Shown here one piece after another: positions 63,351 through 64,000 of a stretch of 64,000 nt of DNA; the stretch's first letter is position 1, and every line of letters starts with the position of its first letter. The stretch is taken from the NCBI GenBank assembly GCA_028534125.1, contig CM052817.1, positions 91,948,001 through 92,012,000 of the forward strand, read 5' to 3'. Under the pieces are notes generated by a model. That model saw only the letters and a list, made by a program, of their open reading frames with translations. It made no database searches and had not been told where the DNA came from. Source of the DNA: Lama glama. Taxonomy: Eukaryota. A program made the translations under genes and the position numbers.

Positions 63351-64000
63351 CACATGAATATAAACTTGGTTATATCTGAGAAAAGATAAAAAGCTCCATA
63401 ATATCGGTGATATGATGGGATAGAGATGAGTTATAATTTTGAAAAGGAAACTGAAGCTTACATACCCTATAACACAGGATGTTGCCCTATATGTTGCTGG
63501 GGCAACTGTTACAAAAGGAAAACATAGGGATCGCTCATCTGCATTTTGTTTAAATAACTTTGCTCATAAATTTCCACTGAAGAGAATACTAATCTCCGTA
63601 GAGAAAAAAAGTTAAGATTTGAAAAAAAAGATGAGATGTAATAAAGGGTGAAGAGACTTCACAGTAGCTAAAAATCTACCACCAACTTGAGAAAATTGTT
63701 GACACTCATTTAAAGAGCAAAAGAAAATCTCAAAAGAAAACAGGGCTGGTTTTTCTTAGAAATCATCATCATTACAGCCTTCACTTCCTGGGATTCTTCC
63801 TAATGCTAATTCCTAGTAGTGAAAATAATAAGGATATGGAAAATGAGGCAAAGGGAGAGCAGGAAATGCTTCTGTATTCCATTACATTTGGGGGCAGGGC
63901 AGGGAAGCCTCAGAGATCTAGAAAGAAAGAGGAAAAAGAAATCACAATGGATGAAGGGCTCCTGTGTCAGTTACTTTTGCTTTCCCACCGATTTTAAATT

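Noticed and set aside
1..64000. Naming the host gene (multi-promoter genes such as ZBTB38, BDNF and FGF1 were considered)
   Set aside because: No coding exon or recalled UTR sequence matched; alignment to an annotated genome is needed
1..64000. Prokaryotic-type systems (CRISPR arrays, operons, defence islands)
   Set aside because: The sequence is CpG-depleted mammalian DNA with no regularly spaced repeats or dense long ORFs

Overview
Mammalian genomic DNA, most likely a camelid (alpaca/camel type), judged from four tRNA-derived SINEs of the Vic-1 type and an artiodactyl-style L1 3' end. It is not microbial. I see no recognisable protein-coding exon, RNA gene or CRISPR array; the supplied ORFs are chance or repeat-derived. 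Much of the window is decayed interspersed repeat (L1, L2, MIR, MaLR/ERVL LTRs, hAT and Tigger MITEs), some of it nested. The non-repeat sequence holds several minus-strand units of promoter motif + short exon + splice donor (about 61.5, 61.1, 50.6, 21.0 and 6.0 kb) and small non-coding internal exon candidates. I infer the 5' multi-promoter region of a large minus-strand gene whose coding body lies left of the window; I cannot name the gene. The clearest non-repeat oddity is a ~155 bp local duplication (39594-39748 / 41180-41331) whose second copy appears to interrupt an L2 element. Repeat family calls come from recalled consensus sequences, with approximate boundaries unless TSDs or TIRs are quoted. 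I found no convincing novel biological system.
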